From NCBI GenBank assembly GCA_036172245.1, contig JAYWIR010000012.1:1736001-1800000 (forward strand): a DNA stretch of 64,000 bases. The letters run 5' to 3'. A model generated the notes under the pieces. That model did not search any database, was not told the origin of the DNA, and saw only the letters and a list, made by a program, of their open reading frames with translations. A program made the position numbers and the translations under genes. The DNA is from Raillietiella orientalis. Its lineage: Eukaryota. Positions within the stretch are counted from its first letter, which is position 1. Each line of letters starts with the position of its first letter. Positions 50,903-62,800 of this stretch are shown here, in pieces.

Positions 50903-52582
50903 TTGTATTTTGTGTATTTTGCAAACACGATGAGGGAAGGGGGCTTTTTCCTCCCTTCTACTACGTTACGTTCTCATTGGTCCCGTTCTCAGTAGGTCAT
51001 CCGCGAGTCAAAACCGTTCGCCGTGAAGGGAACCCAATCCCCCCCTCTCGTGAGCTTCGGGCACGGGCGTGACCCGGAAACCGGCATTCGGAACTCCCGC
51101 TTAGGGAGTGTTCCCCAGACCCCGTGCTTGCACAGTAGCCGCCAGGCACGATGTGGAGAGGGAGGGGATCTCGCTGCCTCGTTGGGGGTCCTGGTGCCTC
51201 CTCGGCACGCGACGCACGAAGGGGAGGGATCCTGCTGTCTTGGACACCGCTATCGCGAGATGCGTTCCCACCCGTCGCTTGGCAGTCTTGGCTATGCGGC
51301 AGGGGCCTCCCTTCCGATGCCTTCGGGCCGTTCCGCTTCGTTCCACGTCTGGGGGAAAGGGTAGAGGCCTTTCGCTCTCGCCGCCGGGCGAGAGAGGGAA
51401 CGCCGAACCCCGGGAGTGAGCGAAGGAGTGCCCTCGCGACCCCGTGAAGGAGGAACTCTGGAGGGCTCGCGGAACGAGAAAGAGGAGCAGGAAACTTGAT
51501 CCAGCGCAGGAGGGCATTTCGGCCTCCGGGCGCCATCCTCTGGAAGGACCGCCCTGCATCTCGAGGTCCTGCGGGCGGTCATCCCAGGGTCGCGCGCAAA
51601 AGCGCAGGCCGGAGACCTCCAGGAGCTGGTGTCTCCAGAGGAGATGCGGAAACCGAAGCTTCCGCGACCAGGACCAGGAGGCGACAAGAAACGGACCGGA
51701 AGGCAGAGAAGGAATGCAGAGGCCGCGAGACGAGGGTGAGACCGCCCGGGTCGCTGCTGGTTCTGTTGTTGCCTAGGCGGGCGTTGAGGCGACAGCGCTA
51801 GAGAGTCAGAAGCTCTTCCCCGGTTCCGCACCTCGAAGCCTTCACCTCACAGGACCCGTTTCCCAGCGTTCTCTCGTCCCTCTCTTGTTCCGTGTCTGAA
51901 GAGGGGGATCGGGACCCGCCGCCCCCATTCCTGCGGGAGCTGTGCTGGCGCTCTCTGACCTGTTGTCCCGCTCCCTCTTGACTTGGGAGCCCCCAGACTA
52001 ACCGGTCCGCGCAGGGTCACCCGGACGAGGTGGACGAGCACTCTCGATCTCTGATCCCGTTCCCCTCCCCTCTCCCCCAAGGCTGGCGGGGAAAGGGGTG
52101 AGCCGATTCGATTTTCACTTCCTCCCCTCCCCTTCCTCCCTCCCGCGCACGCGGAGCAGCAGCGGTGCAAGGGAAACTGTCCCCCGTCGCCCGCGGCAAT
52201 TCACTTGGCCCACAGGAGGGGGGATCCGCTCCCGCGAATGTCTCGCTGACTCGCTCTGGGTGGTTCTCCCCCGCCTTGCGCGGGGATTGAGGGAAGGAGG
52301 CGGGAAAGAAGCTCCGAGACTCCCCAGGATCGTGAGAAAGGCGGTCGCTCGGCTCTCCGGGCCGCCCGATCGATCCGGGAGTCCCCCTCGAGCTGCGGCG
52401 GCAATAATCTCCCCCCCCTTCCTCGCCCCTCCCTCCAGGAAGAGAAGATGATTGCCACCGCAGCCTCCCGCTCCTCTCCCTCAGCCGGCTGCTGCTGTCC
52501 CCTCTCCTCCTGAATCCTCTCCGGGCAGACGGGTGGGGGAGACGGAGCTTCTCCCCTCCTCCCCCTCGCTCACAGATGGGGC

Positions 52583-52590
52583 TATTTATA
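52583..52590 (-). promoter_or_regulatory. Candidate TATA box (TATAAATA) oriented towards the stomatin exons
   Basis: Consensus TATAWAW isolated in very GC-rich DNA; motif match only. Confidence 0.3.
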
Positions 52591-53090
52591 GATGGGAAGA
52601 GAGCGGGGCGAGGAGCGAAGATGGCGCCCCGCGAGAGCGGCTCGGAGAGAAAGGCAGGGGAGGGGGAGGCGTGTTGTTTTCGAGAGCGGGGAGGGAAGGG
52701 GTCCAGGGCGGGGACAATCCGCGTGCGCTGCCCGTGACTCGTCGTTCCGCGGTCCCTCTTGCTCGCTAGGTCAGATCCGCGCAGGCCCTCGGTGCACGCC
52801 CGCCTTCCCGAGGTGCTCCGTCGGATGCCTCCTGCGGCGGTCCCTTCTGCCCTACCGGACCGCAGCCTGGAGAGGTACGGGTCCCACAGCGAAAGAGCCG
52901 GACCTTCCCGCCTGCCCCCTGTGAGTCCTTCCCGATCACCCTAGCACGCCCCGAAGGAGTTCCAGACGCACTCCGAGGACTCTAGGACGTCGGTGTGCCT
53001 GCAATCGGCCTCCCGCGAAGGACGGGGGGGGAGGAGGAAGAGGCAATTGCTACCCCGACGTCCGCAGCTCGCTCTCGAGTGGTGAAGCTC

Positions 53091-53104
53091 GTTACCTTGG
53101 CAAC
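53091..53104. promoter_or_regulatory. Candidate RFX/DAF-19 X-box GTTACCTTGGCAAC
   Basis: Fits the consensus RTHNYYWTRRNRAC with strong half-sites; ~500 bp upstream of the TATA candidate; motif match only. Confidence 0.35.
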
Positions 53105-55334
53105 GGGCCAATCCTTCTCAGATTGCGGCCATCTTTCTTTTTATTTTAGCGTTTCTCCCGATCCAGGAACGCCGGCTGGCAAGAGCGGCGCATCAGCTGC
53201 AGGGATCAGGCTGCTGCAGATAAACATCCGTCCTTGAGCAGCGCCGTCTCCCAGGAAACCGCCCCAGCGGCTCGCGCCGCGCGCTCAGGGGGTTTTCCGC
53301 CGTCTGGGCAGGGGAGGCTGAGAGCGAGTCCGCGCAGCTGCCTCGGCGCCACTAGGAGGAAGGGGTCGCCGCGACCTCCCTGCAGGCTGCAGAGCTCTAG
53401 ACTGAGGACCCCACCTCCAGGCCACGCTTCCAAGGTGATCGCGAGAGACCTCCGCTGGCTTCCCGGAATGTTAGGAGAAAAGGGGGTAATTCGGGAAGAG
53501 GTGGGACGGGCGTCTCCCCCTGGACGAGGAGCGCGGTATGGAATGCCCGAGGGGAGAGAGGACCTCTGCGCCCCCCAGTCCCAATGACTACGAGGGCGGC
53601 AGGAGTCCCGGATGGGTGTTCAGGACGTCCGAGACCCCTACCGGAGGCAGAGCTCCCACGCTTCCACGCTTAGGGAGCCGGCTGCGCTCCCTGGAAGGCC
53701 ACGCGCACGTCTCCGCTCGGATCGAGCGGAAGGGCATGGAGAGCTCATCACGTCCTCCTCCCCCCCAGGAGGACTACCCCGACGGATTTCGGCCTTCCAG
53801 GATGACCAGCGAATTTCCCCTCCCCCGAAGGAGCCCTCCCAGGGGGGACACTGTGACGGCAAGCCAGGTCCGCGAGCCCACCGCTGTCCTTTGTTGCCGG
53901 CAGGGGTCCGGGAATTCGCCCGAGGAGGAAGGAAACAAAGAGGACGAAAATGGGATCATGGGGTCTTTTGAGATCTCTCCCATGCGATGGGGAGGGACGC
54001 GTCGTTGTGATGCTGGCTGAATCGACCACGAGATGACCGTTCCTTGGGCTGCCGATCGTGAAGGCGCCGGGTCTCTCGATAGACGCCGCGGATAAGGGCG
54101 GGAAGGGGCCAAAAGGGTCGTGCCGGAAGCAGGTTGCTGTTTCTAGAGGCGAAGGACTCGCATCCCCTCCTTTCAGGAATTGCACGGGGTGGAAAGTGAG
54201 GAGCCTTACGGCTGCAGGGAACTCCGAATTTCTCACCCGGAATTCGTGGAGGGAAGGGGTAAACGAAGAGACAGGGGAGACGTCAGAACCGGGAGCTGCT
54301 CGGCCACCTGCCCTTTTTCGCGCTTCGCTCGGGATGCTCGGAAAGGTATCCTCCCTTTCTCCGGTTCATCTCCCTACGAGCGATCCCGGGGGCATAAGGA
54401 GCTCTCAGGAGGATGGGGGAGGGAAGGGAGGATCCTTGCCCTCTCACGCGGCAGGGGGCCTCCCTTGTAATCCTTCTCCTCATACTGACCCTTGTGGAAA
54501 GGCAGAGGAAGGCAATCCCGTCTTCCTCTTCACCAACCTCCACTCCCCGGGGATGCAGGAGGAGACGCGGGATCGGAAGGAAATGGGGGCAGGTGGCGCC
54601 TCTCTCGAGCAGATCCGTCCGAGGAAGAAGAGGCCGGTTTGGGCCGTCCTCGCAGCACCGGCGCACCCCTCGTTCCTTTTCCGTGGGCGAAACTCCCCTG
54701 GAGGGGCTCGGAGAAAGGGGGAGGGCAAATGGCACTACTCCTGAACTTCACCCCTCTCTCCAGAGGAGCGTTCTGGGACGCGCGCGCTAGCACATCCTCG
54801 GGGACCAGGAAGGGGAGACAAGGAACCTCGCTGCCCCTCCGCCCTCCAGAAGAAGGGGGGCTAGTTCGATCCCCAGCAGGAGACCCTCTGGGTTCAGGAT
54901 CCGAAAAGGCCAGCCGAGGAGGGAGCGAGTTCAGGAAGAGAGGCCCTCCACACGCGGGGAGAGCTGCCGTGGGAAGCACACAGCTATCCGAGGTCATCCA
55001 GGGGGACCCTTCAGTCCGCTTCCCTCCCCGGCGAGCCTCACGCGTTCCGCGGTCAGGGCTAAGGGGACCGCGAGTCTGCCCCCCACGCAAGGGAGGGGCG
55101 GAGGAGAAGGTGAAGTGATGTCGTTCTCTCTCTTCCTTCCCCTCACCTTCGGCAGTCCTCGGGAGGAACTGCGCGCCCTCCCGGTCGCTCTCCGCCGGAA
55201 AGCAACCGTGATGGGCGCGCTGGGGGAGGCGGACGTAGGAGGAACGGGCTCTCGGCAGCGCGGAGAAAAGAGGCGGCACTGAGGCAGTGGCAGAGCCCTC
55301 GTCGGGAAGGTGGACGGGAAGGAGAGGCACCTAC

Positions 55335-55437
55335 CCCCGATGATGTCAGTCCTGGAAGCGAGCGCCGCCCTCCGCGGCGCGTCCTCGGCAGCGCCGTCCT
55401 CCGCCGCTGTAGTGTCCCCGTCGCTGCTGCGCTCCAT
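55335..55437 (-). CDS. Candidate distal first coding exon of the stomatin gene (MERSSDGDTTAAEDGAAEDAPRRAALASRTDIIG)
   Basis: ATG in ACGATGG context, 34 codons + 1 nt, donor G|GTAGGT in phase 1 compatible with 45690; preceded by a CG/GCGT-rich promoter-like stretch at 55450-55850. Confidence 0.45.
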
Positions 55438-56629
55438 CGTCGTCCCCCGTCCGCTCTCTTCGACCGCCCCGGTGGCACCCGGCGCGCGCCGAGCCGCGAC
55501 TTCCCCGCTCCCGCACGAGGCGCCTGCCTCGCACGCTCCTGCACGCACGCTCCCGCACGCACGCACGCGCGCGCGCCTGCGTGGCGCGGGACGGGGCGCC
55601 TTGCATCTCCTCCGAGACGACGACGCGGCATCCGGGCGAGCGCGCATCCCCCTCCTGGCCGCTTTCCCGGCTCCCACAGGAACGTCCGCCGCCGCTCGGG
55701 ACCTCAGGCGGAGGCAGTACCCCGCTGGGGAGCGCACTGTCATGACATCTCGGCGGGCTCCCCTCCGGAGTGTCGCAACGGTTGTCGCGAGCCGCCGCCG
55801 CCGCCGCGCATGCGAGTGACGCAACGCAGGGGGTGGCGCTGGCAACCGAGAGGGGGTGGCGGACGGGTGTTCACGGAGGGCAGACTTCGCGGAGTGGGAG
55901 GAACAGACGGGACGAGGTTGGGCAGCGCCGCCTCCGGGCTCCTCCACCCTCTTTCTCGAGGTCGCCTGAGGGCGTGCTGCTGCTGCCCTAAACCTTCCTC
56001 CCGGTATCCACTCGAACGAATGGCATTTTCTGGCCCGGCGATCCCTGGGCGTTTCTCCCGGCCGCAGACGTTCCCTGGTAGCACCAGATGAGGGGCGAAG
56101 AGCTCCACCTCGCTCTCGCACGGGCGCAGGGAGCGCTCTGCAGTTCCCCTGGAGCGCTCCTGGCAGAGCGCCTTCTCAGAGTCATTCTGTCCCTGTCCCC
56201 AAGACAGTCGACAGGGTCTAGCTAGCGACCCCAGAGGGCATCCGTCTCAGGGTTACGCAGTGGAGACCCCTCGAGCGATTCCCGTCTCCAGGGCAGACCT
56301 GCATTTCAAACCTCAGGGGTCTACCTAGAGTGACACTCAAGGGCGGTTCCCTCTCCTCACCGAAATGACCTTCGATGACCTTATTGACCAGCCTGCCAGA
56401 GTCCTCCCGTGCTCCACCACGCGCACCATTCCAGTGGTTCCGCGAAGAAGAGGCGCCGAGGGTCAGCGAAGAGTGGTCGTGAGCGACCTCCTCCGGAACG
56501 GAGCCGCCACCTCCCTCCTCTGAGCCCTGCCCGTCCTTTGCGGGACCAATAAAAAAGCAACAAGACGAGACGGACCGAGGTGCTCCACATAGTCCCGGCG
56601 TCTGACTACGGGTTCACCTCCTCGACCAC

Positions 56630-57030
56630 CCCCTTCCGAGATTCTTCGCTCTGCCGGCTCCGCTGGAAGGGGTTGGACAGTCCCCCGTGGGAATAAGGCG
56701 GGTGAAAAGGGGAGGGTCGTGGGAGGGTCAGTCGGAGAGGGGAGAAGCTACGGACCGACGGCGCGTTGGGCCTGCAATCCGAGGGAAAGGCGCGCGCGAT
56801 CCTCTCGGATTTCGCGTATCCCGAGACCACCACCGGCATGGAGATCGCTGTCTCCGCGGCAACGTGCCCCCAGCGCACGACTCCCCGGAAGCTCGTGCAG
56901 GGAGCATCCTGCCCCCTGTTCTTCCCGCTGAAAGCCGAGAGGTGCCACACGTGGTAGGGCGTTGCCTCCAGGCAACGACGCGTTCGTCACGGCTTCTTGC
57001 TGCTAGGGACGCTCCCGTCCTCCTCTCTGC
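56630..57030 (+). pseudogene. Probable highly diverged family A copy
   Basis: FRDSSLCRLRWKG, EGKARAIL, TGMEIAVSAA, LFFPLKAERCHTW* and GTLP occur in the same order as family A motifs MDSSTLPLQWQE, GGKARDVV, RGIEVAWSNA, VLFMRTASRWH and RTLP. Confidence 0.4.
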
Positions 57031-59692
57031 GGGTCTTGCAGACCCAAACCACATCGGGGCGTTCCTCCTCGCCCCACTCCGCCTCGTCCTCTTGCCGCTC
57101 CCCGCAAGCGCCCGTCGCTTTTGACCTTCCTCGGACACTTGACGCAGACCTCGTTGTCTCGGTAGGCGGACTCCGGCTGCTTCTCTCCTTAGGAGGGCAG
57201 GACGCGATCCCATGATGCTTACCGCTGCCCTTCGCTGCGGTGGCGCGACGCGCGTTATCCCACTGGAGGACAGAACGGCGAATGACCAGCGTCTTCCAGA
57301 TTAAGGAACGGGGAAGGGACCTCCTCGGAATGCGACCGATGGAGGGAAGGGAGAGAGGAGGGAGGGGGAAGAACTGGGAAGAATCAGAGAGCGAAAGCGA
57401 TGGGTTCGAGCTCTCCCCTGACTCGCGAACCCGTTGCCGCGGCAACTTCCAGGCACGGGCGGAGACACCGCGCGAGAGCACCCCAGTAGTTTCGCGACCG
57501 CACGCATGGGTAGTGCGTGTCGCTGAGACGCGACCTTCGCTTCCGGATCTCGGAGACGGGGCTGGACATGCTCCGAGCAGGTGTCCCAGAAGCTGCCAGC
57601 GGCTATGGAGCGCTCCCTCCCAGGCTTTTCTTCCGCCTTCCCCTCTGAGTCATCCGTGCCCCGCCGACTTTCCCACTACTCGTGCCCTTCGCTGTAACCT
57701 CCCACCTCCTTGGTCTCGTCGCCCTGGCTACCGCGTTACGAGCTGCGGAGTGACCTCCTAGACCTCGCCGTCGTTGAATTCCGCAGTCCACAGGGGAGAA
57801 TTCCCCTTCCGTCCACGCGGCACGCTGCGGGACCCTTCCAAGGCGTTCGCATCTCGGCGCTCATTGGTCCCGGACGAGTCTGGCGCCCGTATTCCCCCAG
57901 GAGTAGTACTTCACGACTGGGGTCAGGCGCCTCCAGAGCCAACACAACGCCCTATAGGCACGGGCCGGGGACCTTTGAAAGCAGCCTCATGGGTGCATGC
58001 GTTGCCAGGGAGACGCTCTTTCGAAGCTGGCGAAGCTACGGCGTTGCCCGTCCGCTTCAGCGAGGACCCCCGGGAGAGCGCCTTCTCAACCCACGGGCTG
58101 TTAAAATGAATCTATAAAATTCACACAGCAGGGAGGAAGGGAAACGTCCCGGAGCGAGAGGGACCACGCCTCGGTGGGGACAGGAGATGAGGAGGGAGCA
58201 GAGGGGAGGGAGAGCGGTCAAAGGGCAGATAAGTCAGTAAAGGTGGGAACGGTTCCTGAGCAGAGCCAGGAGGGGAGGAGCGAATGGGTAGTGTCGTCAC
58301 CGGTTTCGAGACCGCCTGACCACCCTTGCGCTTCGCGTCCCGGTTCTGCCCGTTCCATCGCAACCCCACGCCGGGAACTGGCGACTGCCGACGGTACGTC
58401 CTCCGCTTGCTCGGGAGACCGCCGCTTCCCTCGCGCGCGTGGGAAAAGGCAGCCGGGAAACTCACGCGGAGTGAGGTCAGCGCTGATCATTGCAGGTTCG
58501 GCACCATCCCACGGGGGGAGGGGACCTCCCCGCCCATACGCGGTGACGTCATCCCTTCCTGCGGAGATCCCCAAGCCGCAGCAGCAGCAGCACGGCGATG
58601 CGCCGCCGGTGGCTAGCGGAAAATGGCGGAAGAGTCTACCAGGAATCTGCGAGCTTCCTCAGGGAATTTTCCGAGCCCGTGAGGGGATCCCTGGGCGCGA
58701 TCTCGCGCACCACCCGTGGCCTCTTCCGCTCAGCTCCGGCGGAGCGCCGGATGCACAGGACCGTCTGGACGGCACCCCGCCCGGCTAAGCCGATGAACCG
58801 GCAACGGGAATGAAGGGGAAAGGGTCACGGGGGCACAGCTCCTGAGCACCCTCTGGCTACCGGGGGAAGCGGCATCTCACCGACCCTACACTGCTCCTCT
58901 GCTGCGTGTGCTGCAACTCGCAGACGCGCCTGCCTCGGAAGATCGCATCCGGAAGCTTCATGGAGGCTGGCTCGTCTGGAGCCTCCTTCTAGTGGGGTTT
59001 CCTCCCCTCTACTCTTCGAGACGGGCGTGACCCGCCTAATGCTTGCGCCGGGGAGCAAGTTTTGCACGCTCGCCGTTTCTTCCCGGCAAGTCAAGAAGAG
59101 GAGCATCCGCGGGAGCTGCTATCCCCCATAACCCGGAGCGGTCCGCGCATGAGGACACGGCAGGGGACTCACCTTCCCTCTCTCACTCACTCTCGTGCTG
59201 CACTTGCGGCCCTCACGCGCAAGCGCGCGCGTGCGCGTGGGTGCCCCCCATCCTCTCCCCTTCAGCTCTTTGCTCGCTGAACCGGGTGCGCTTCACGGTA
59301 GCCTCCAGGAAGCACGAGAAGGAGGGGTATCTGGAGCGCGGAACGAGGCACTTTCTCGGATCTCCATGGCGACGAGGCGCACGCGTCCCCGGGGGAGAGA
59401 GCGTGCGATCCTGCGGTCCTGTAGTGGAGGCGGTTTCTTCCCTTGGTTTTCTCTTCCCAGGACTCCCGCTTTTCTCCTTCTCCTTGATCCACCTCTCGCG
59501 TTGAGAGCTTGCCAGAACGCGTGCTGTCCTGAGTAGTCAGGGTCAGGTCAGGAGCTCTTTTGGAGAGAACAGAAGAGCAGGAGGGACCGTTTGTTTTTTT
59601 TTCTTTGTTCGCTCGGAGTAGCCTCCTTCATGAGAGAGAGGGGGCCGGCTTCAGCGCCGGAAGGCCGCACCCAACGTGACCTCCCTTGATCC

Positions 59693-59891
59693 ATAGATAG
59701 ATAAGAGAGAGTTTATTAATTTGGAAGATTAGGTTGGTGTTGAATAAATCTTATAATACCTCCAAATCCACGCAATCCAATAATCTATTGCTAAACAACA
59801 TGACCAAATTCAACTCTATTTCCACACATCTATTTCCACACATTTTATTTAACCCATCAACATTCAGTATTAATATCAATTTCACCCTAAT
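59693..59891 (-). other. Sharply bounded AT-rich island, possibly the 3' end of a truncated retroposed element
   Basis: On the minus strand: a short frame ending LEVL*, then AATAAA, then a CTCTCTCTTATCTATCTAT tail; internal 14 bp tandem duplication CTATTTCCACACAT. No TSD seen. Confidence 0.35.
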
Positions 59892-62800
59892 ACGGAGGGT
59901 CGGCCAATGAGGGGAGGGAGGCCGCCCTCGTCGGCCGCTCTTTCCAGTTGCCACGTCAACAGCGGGGTCCAGGCGGGAAAGAGGCATCGAGCGAGCTCCC
60001 TTCCCGTTCCGCCCTCTTCATCCCTCCTGCGGACTCCCGAAGGTGCCCCCGAGGCGGCTCATGCCTCGCTTCAGGCCGGATCGGTCTCCGCCAAACCGGG
60101 GAGACGCGGGGGCAGCCGCGAACACGCGAGGGGAGCTTCGCGGGGCATGCATCGGCGTGCGAAGAGCAGGGACGGGGGGCAAGGAAGGGTGGGAGCTGTC
60201 AGAAAGCGCGAGCGGCCACCTGGAGTTCCGCCGCGCAGGGGAGGTGACCCTGTCCAATCCCCGCCAGGGGCGCTCTTTCCCTCCACTTCCCAGGGGAGCC
60301 ACCGCGTCAGCTGTGGCCAACGCCGCGGATTGCTCCCGCCGCGAGGAGCCCTGAGACTGCCCTTGGACGGCCGGTCGGCTGCCCTCTGCTATGCTGGCGG
60401 CTTTTCCTGCTGCTCCGACGGCTCGGGAAGTGATGTCACGCGGAGCGCTCCCGCCTCGTGCGGCGCCTTCCCGTTTCCGAGGACGCAAAGAGAGAAAAGG
60501 GGTGGGAAAAGGATGGAGGAAGAAGCCCTGAGGGAATGAACAGGCGCCCGTTCACACGACGGGGGAAACCAAGAGAAAATTTCCAGGTCTCACCCTTCGG
60601 GATGATGCGCTGGGATGAGAGGCTTCGACCTTCAGCGCGAGGAACTTCCGGAGTCATGCCCGAGACGTCTCGGGAACGGACGGCGGGTCGGTGGGTCTAT
60701 CCCCAAAGAGCCGCTCCTGGGGAGAACCCCGAATGTGGCGCCCTGGAAGGAACTCGCCCTTTCCGAAGCATCGGTCACACTTCCCGAGAACAGTAAGTCT
60801 GGGGACTTTTCGCCGTGTGGGATGCAGCGCGCATTACGGAAAAAGGGCAGTTTCTTACACCCTCCCCCTCCGGGAGCCCGCTCCCTGATCGGAAGGACGA
60901 GGGATCGGCCCCGAGATCTGCCCTCGGGGCGCGCCTTGAAGCGCTCCGAGTTTTCTTTCCAGCGGGAGAAGAGGCAGCCAGGGAGGAGGACAAAAAGCTA
61001 CCGAGAAGGAAGGCCCGCACGTCCCTTGAGAGCGGGGGGAGGGGAAGGAGTTGCCTTCCACAAGGGGAGGCGTTCAATTGTCCTGAGCCCCTGGAGGCTT
61101 AGCGAGGAGATCGGGGGACCTTCGGAAGGGCGGTAGATCTGGGAGAGAGGGATGAAGGGTCACGGGAGAGAAGCCACCCTTCAGGATGAGGGGTGCGGTG
61201 CCTGAGCAGCGCATGCGCTCAAGACGCCGAGCGGACAGGAGGTCCTCCCTTCGTTTCCATCCCGAACGATCGGCGGAGGAAGCTGGCGGGACAGGGCCGC
61301 GCTCTCCCTCTTGGCTCGGGTCCTTCGCAGCAAGCTTCCCGGATTCCTTCTCGAAGATTTCGGGCGTTCGAGAAGGGCCTCCTGGTTTCCCGGAAGTCCA
61401 TCAGTCAGGCAGCTCCATAGAAGGGGGTAACTCGCCTATCTTCCTCCGGTGGTCCACTTCCTTCTCTGCGTGACCGGCATGCTTTGTGTGGTTATCCTGG
61501 TGACCGTAAGCTCACGGTCATCCATGCAACCCCGGGGAGCTATTCAAGACGTTCTCCCCAGCTGCGAAGCTGTCATGTGTCTTTTTAGGTACTCCGAGGG
61601 ACGAGGAACAAGAGCGGGTATAGCCACCGAGTAAAGGTCACGAGGATCATCTGATGGTGCTCTTCTGGCCGGATCTACTGCGATTCCCTACTCTCTCTCT
61701 CTCTTTTTTTGCGAGGTCTCTCCACAGTGCTCCTAAGATGCCTCAAGGGACTCGCCAAGCGACCCGCCCATTATCCACGGCCAACATGCCCTACCTTTAT
61801 CGGTGCGCTGCCTTCCTTCCCCCTCCTTCCCGCTCGACCAGAACCGCTTCTGAGCATGGCCCACAGCAGGGGTTCTGTCCGCGTTCCACCAGCTCCTTCG
61901 GACCACGCACCCTCTCTTCTCCGTCCGTCTGTCCATGCTCCAGGTTCCCCCACCAGCGCACCACCGCGAAGCGGTTGGACCGCCGACTCTTCCGAGAACC
62001 CTGGGCGCGAAACTTCCCGTTGCCGCTCCGGACGGAATCGCGCGCGGCTCAGCACGCCTCGCGCATTCTGCAAGCTGCTAAGCAACGGACTCGCGTTGTC
62101 CTCCTCGGAGTTCCGCCCGAAAGGGAGCTTCCTCTTGAGTTGAATTCCCGCCACGCTGCCGGGCATCCTCTGCAGCAAGGAAGACGAGCACTCACCCTTC
62201 CGAGGTCGAGGTGGTGGAGTTCTCCAAGGTCGACGCCAGATGCGGCTCTCCATTTCTCCCGACCTCTCTTCGATTTCCCCTTTCCTATCTGATTTCCATC
62301 TTTTCTCCCCTTTCGAGCTGTCGGGATTCTCATCCCCTGTGGAGGAGATTCCTCCCCCCCCCCTCTCTTTTCCCAAAGGATGTTGATGGAAGATCGGGAG
62401 AAGAGGATGCGACGGCAATTCCTTCCGCTCCCCTTTCGTGTTTTTTCAGGTGCCAGGAGCGGAAGGAGGAGAAAGTCTTTCGAGATGACGGGCGCCCACC
62501 CGCACGCCCACCTGTTTAGCCGGACGGCGGACAGGACGGTGCGGCTGCTTTGCTCCCACCCATCTTCGTACCTGACTCACGAACGAGTGCGAACAGGCGC
62601 TTCTTCGGTTCGCTGGCGGGGACGATGCCTTAACAGGTGCTGGGAACGCGAGAGGGCCTTGACGTGCGAAAAACATCCTGAGGGACAGCATATGGATCGG
62701 AAAAGTGAGATTTTCTGCTTTGGCGTTTCCGGTTTTCTCTTGAGAGAGCAGCAGGAGGGGAGAATTGCGCTCCCCCTCACGGTAGGGAATAATAAAAGTA

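Noticed and set aside
45743..55644. Identical 16-mer CATCCGGGCGAGCGCG near 45743 and 55629
   Set aside because: No flanking similarity; compatible with chance in GC-rich DNA.
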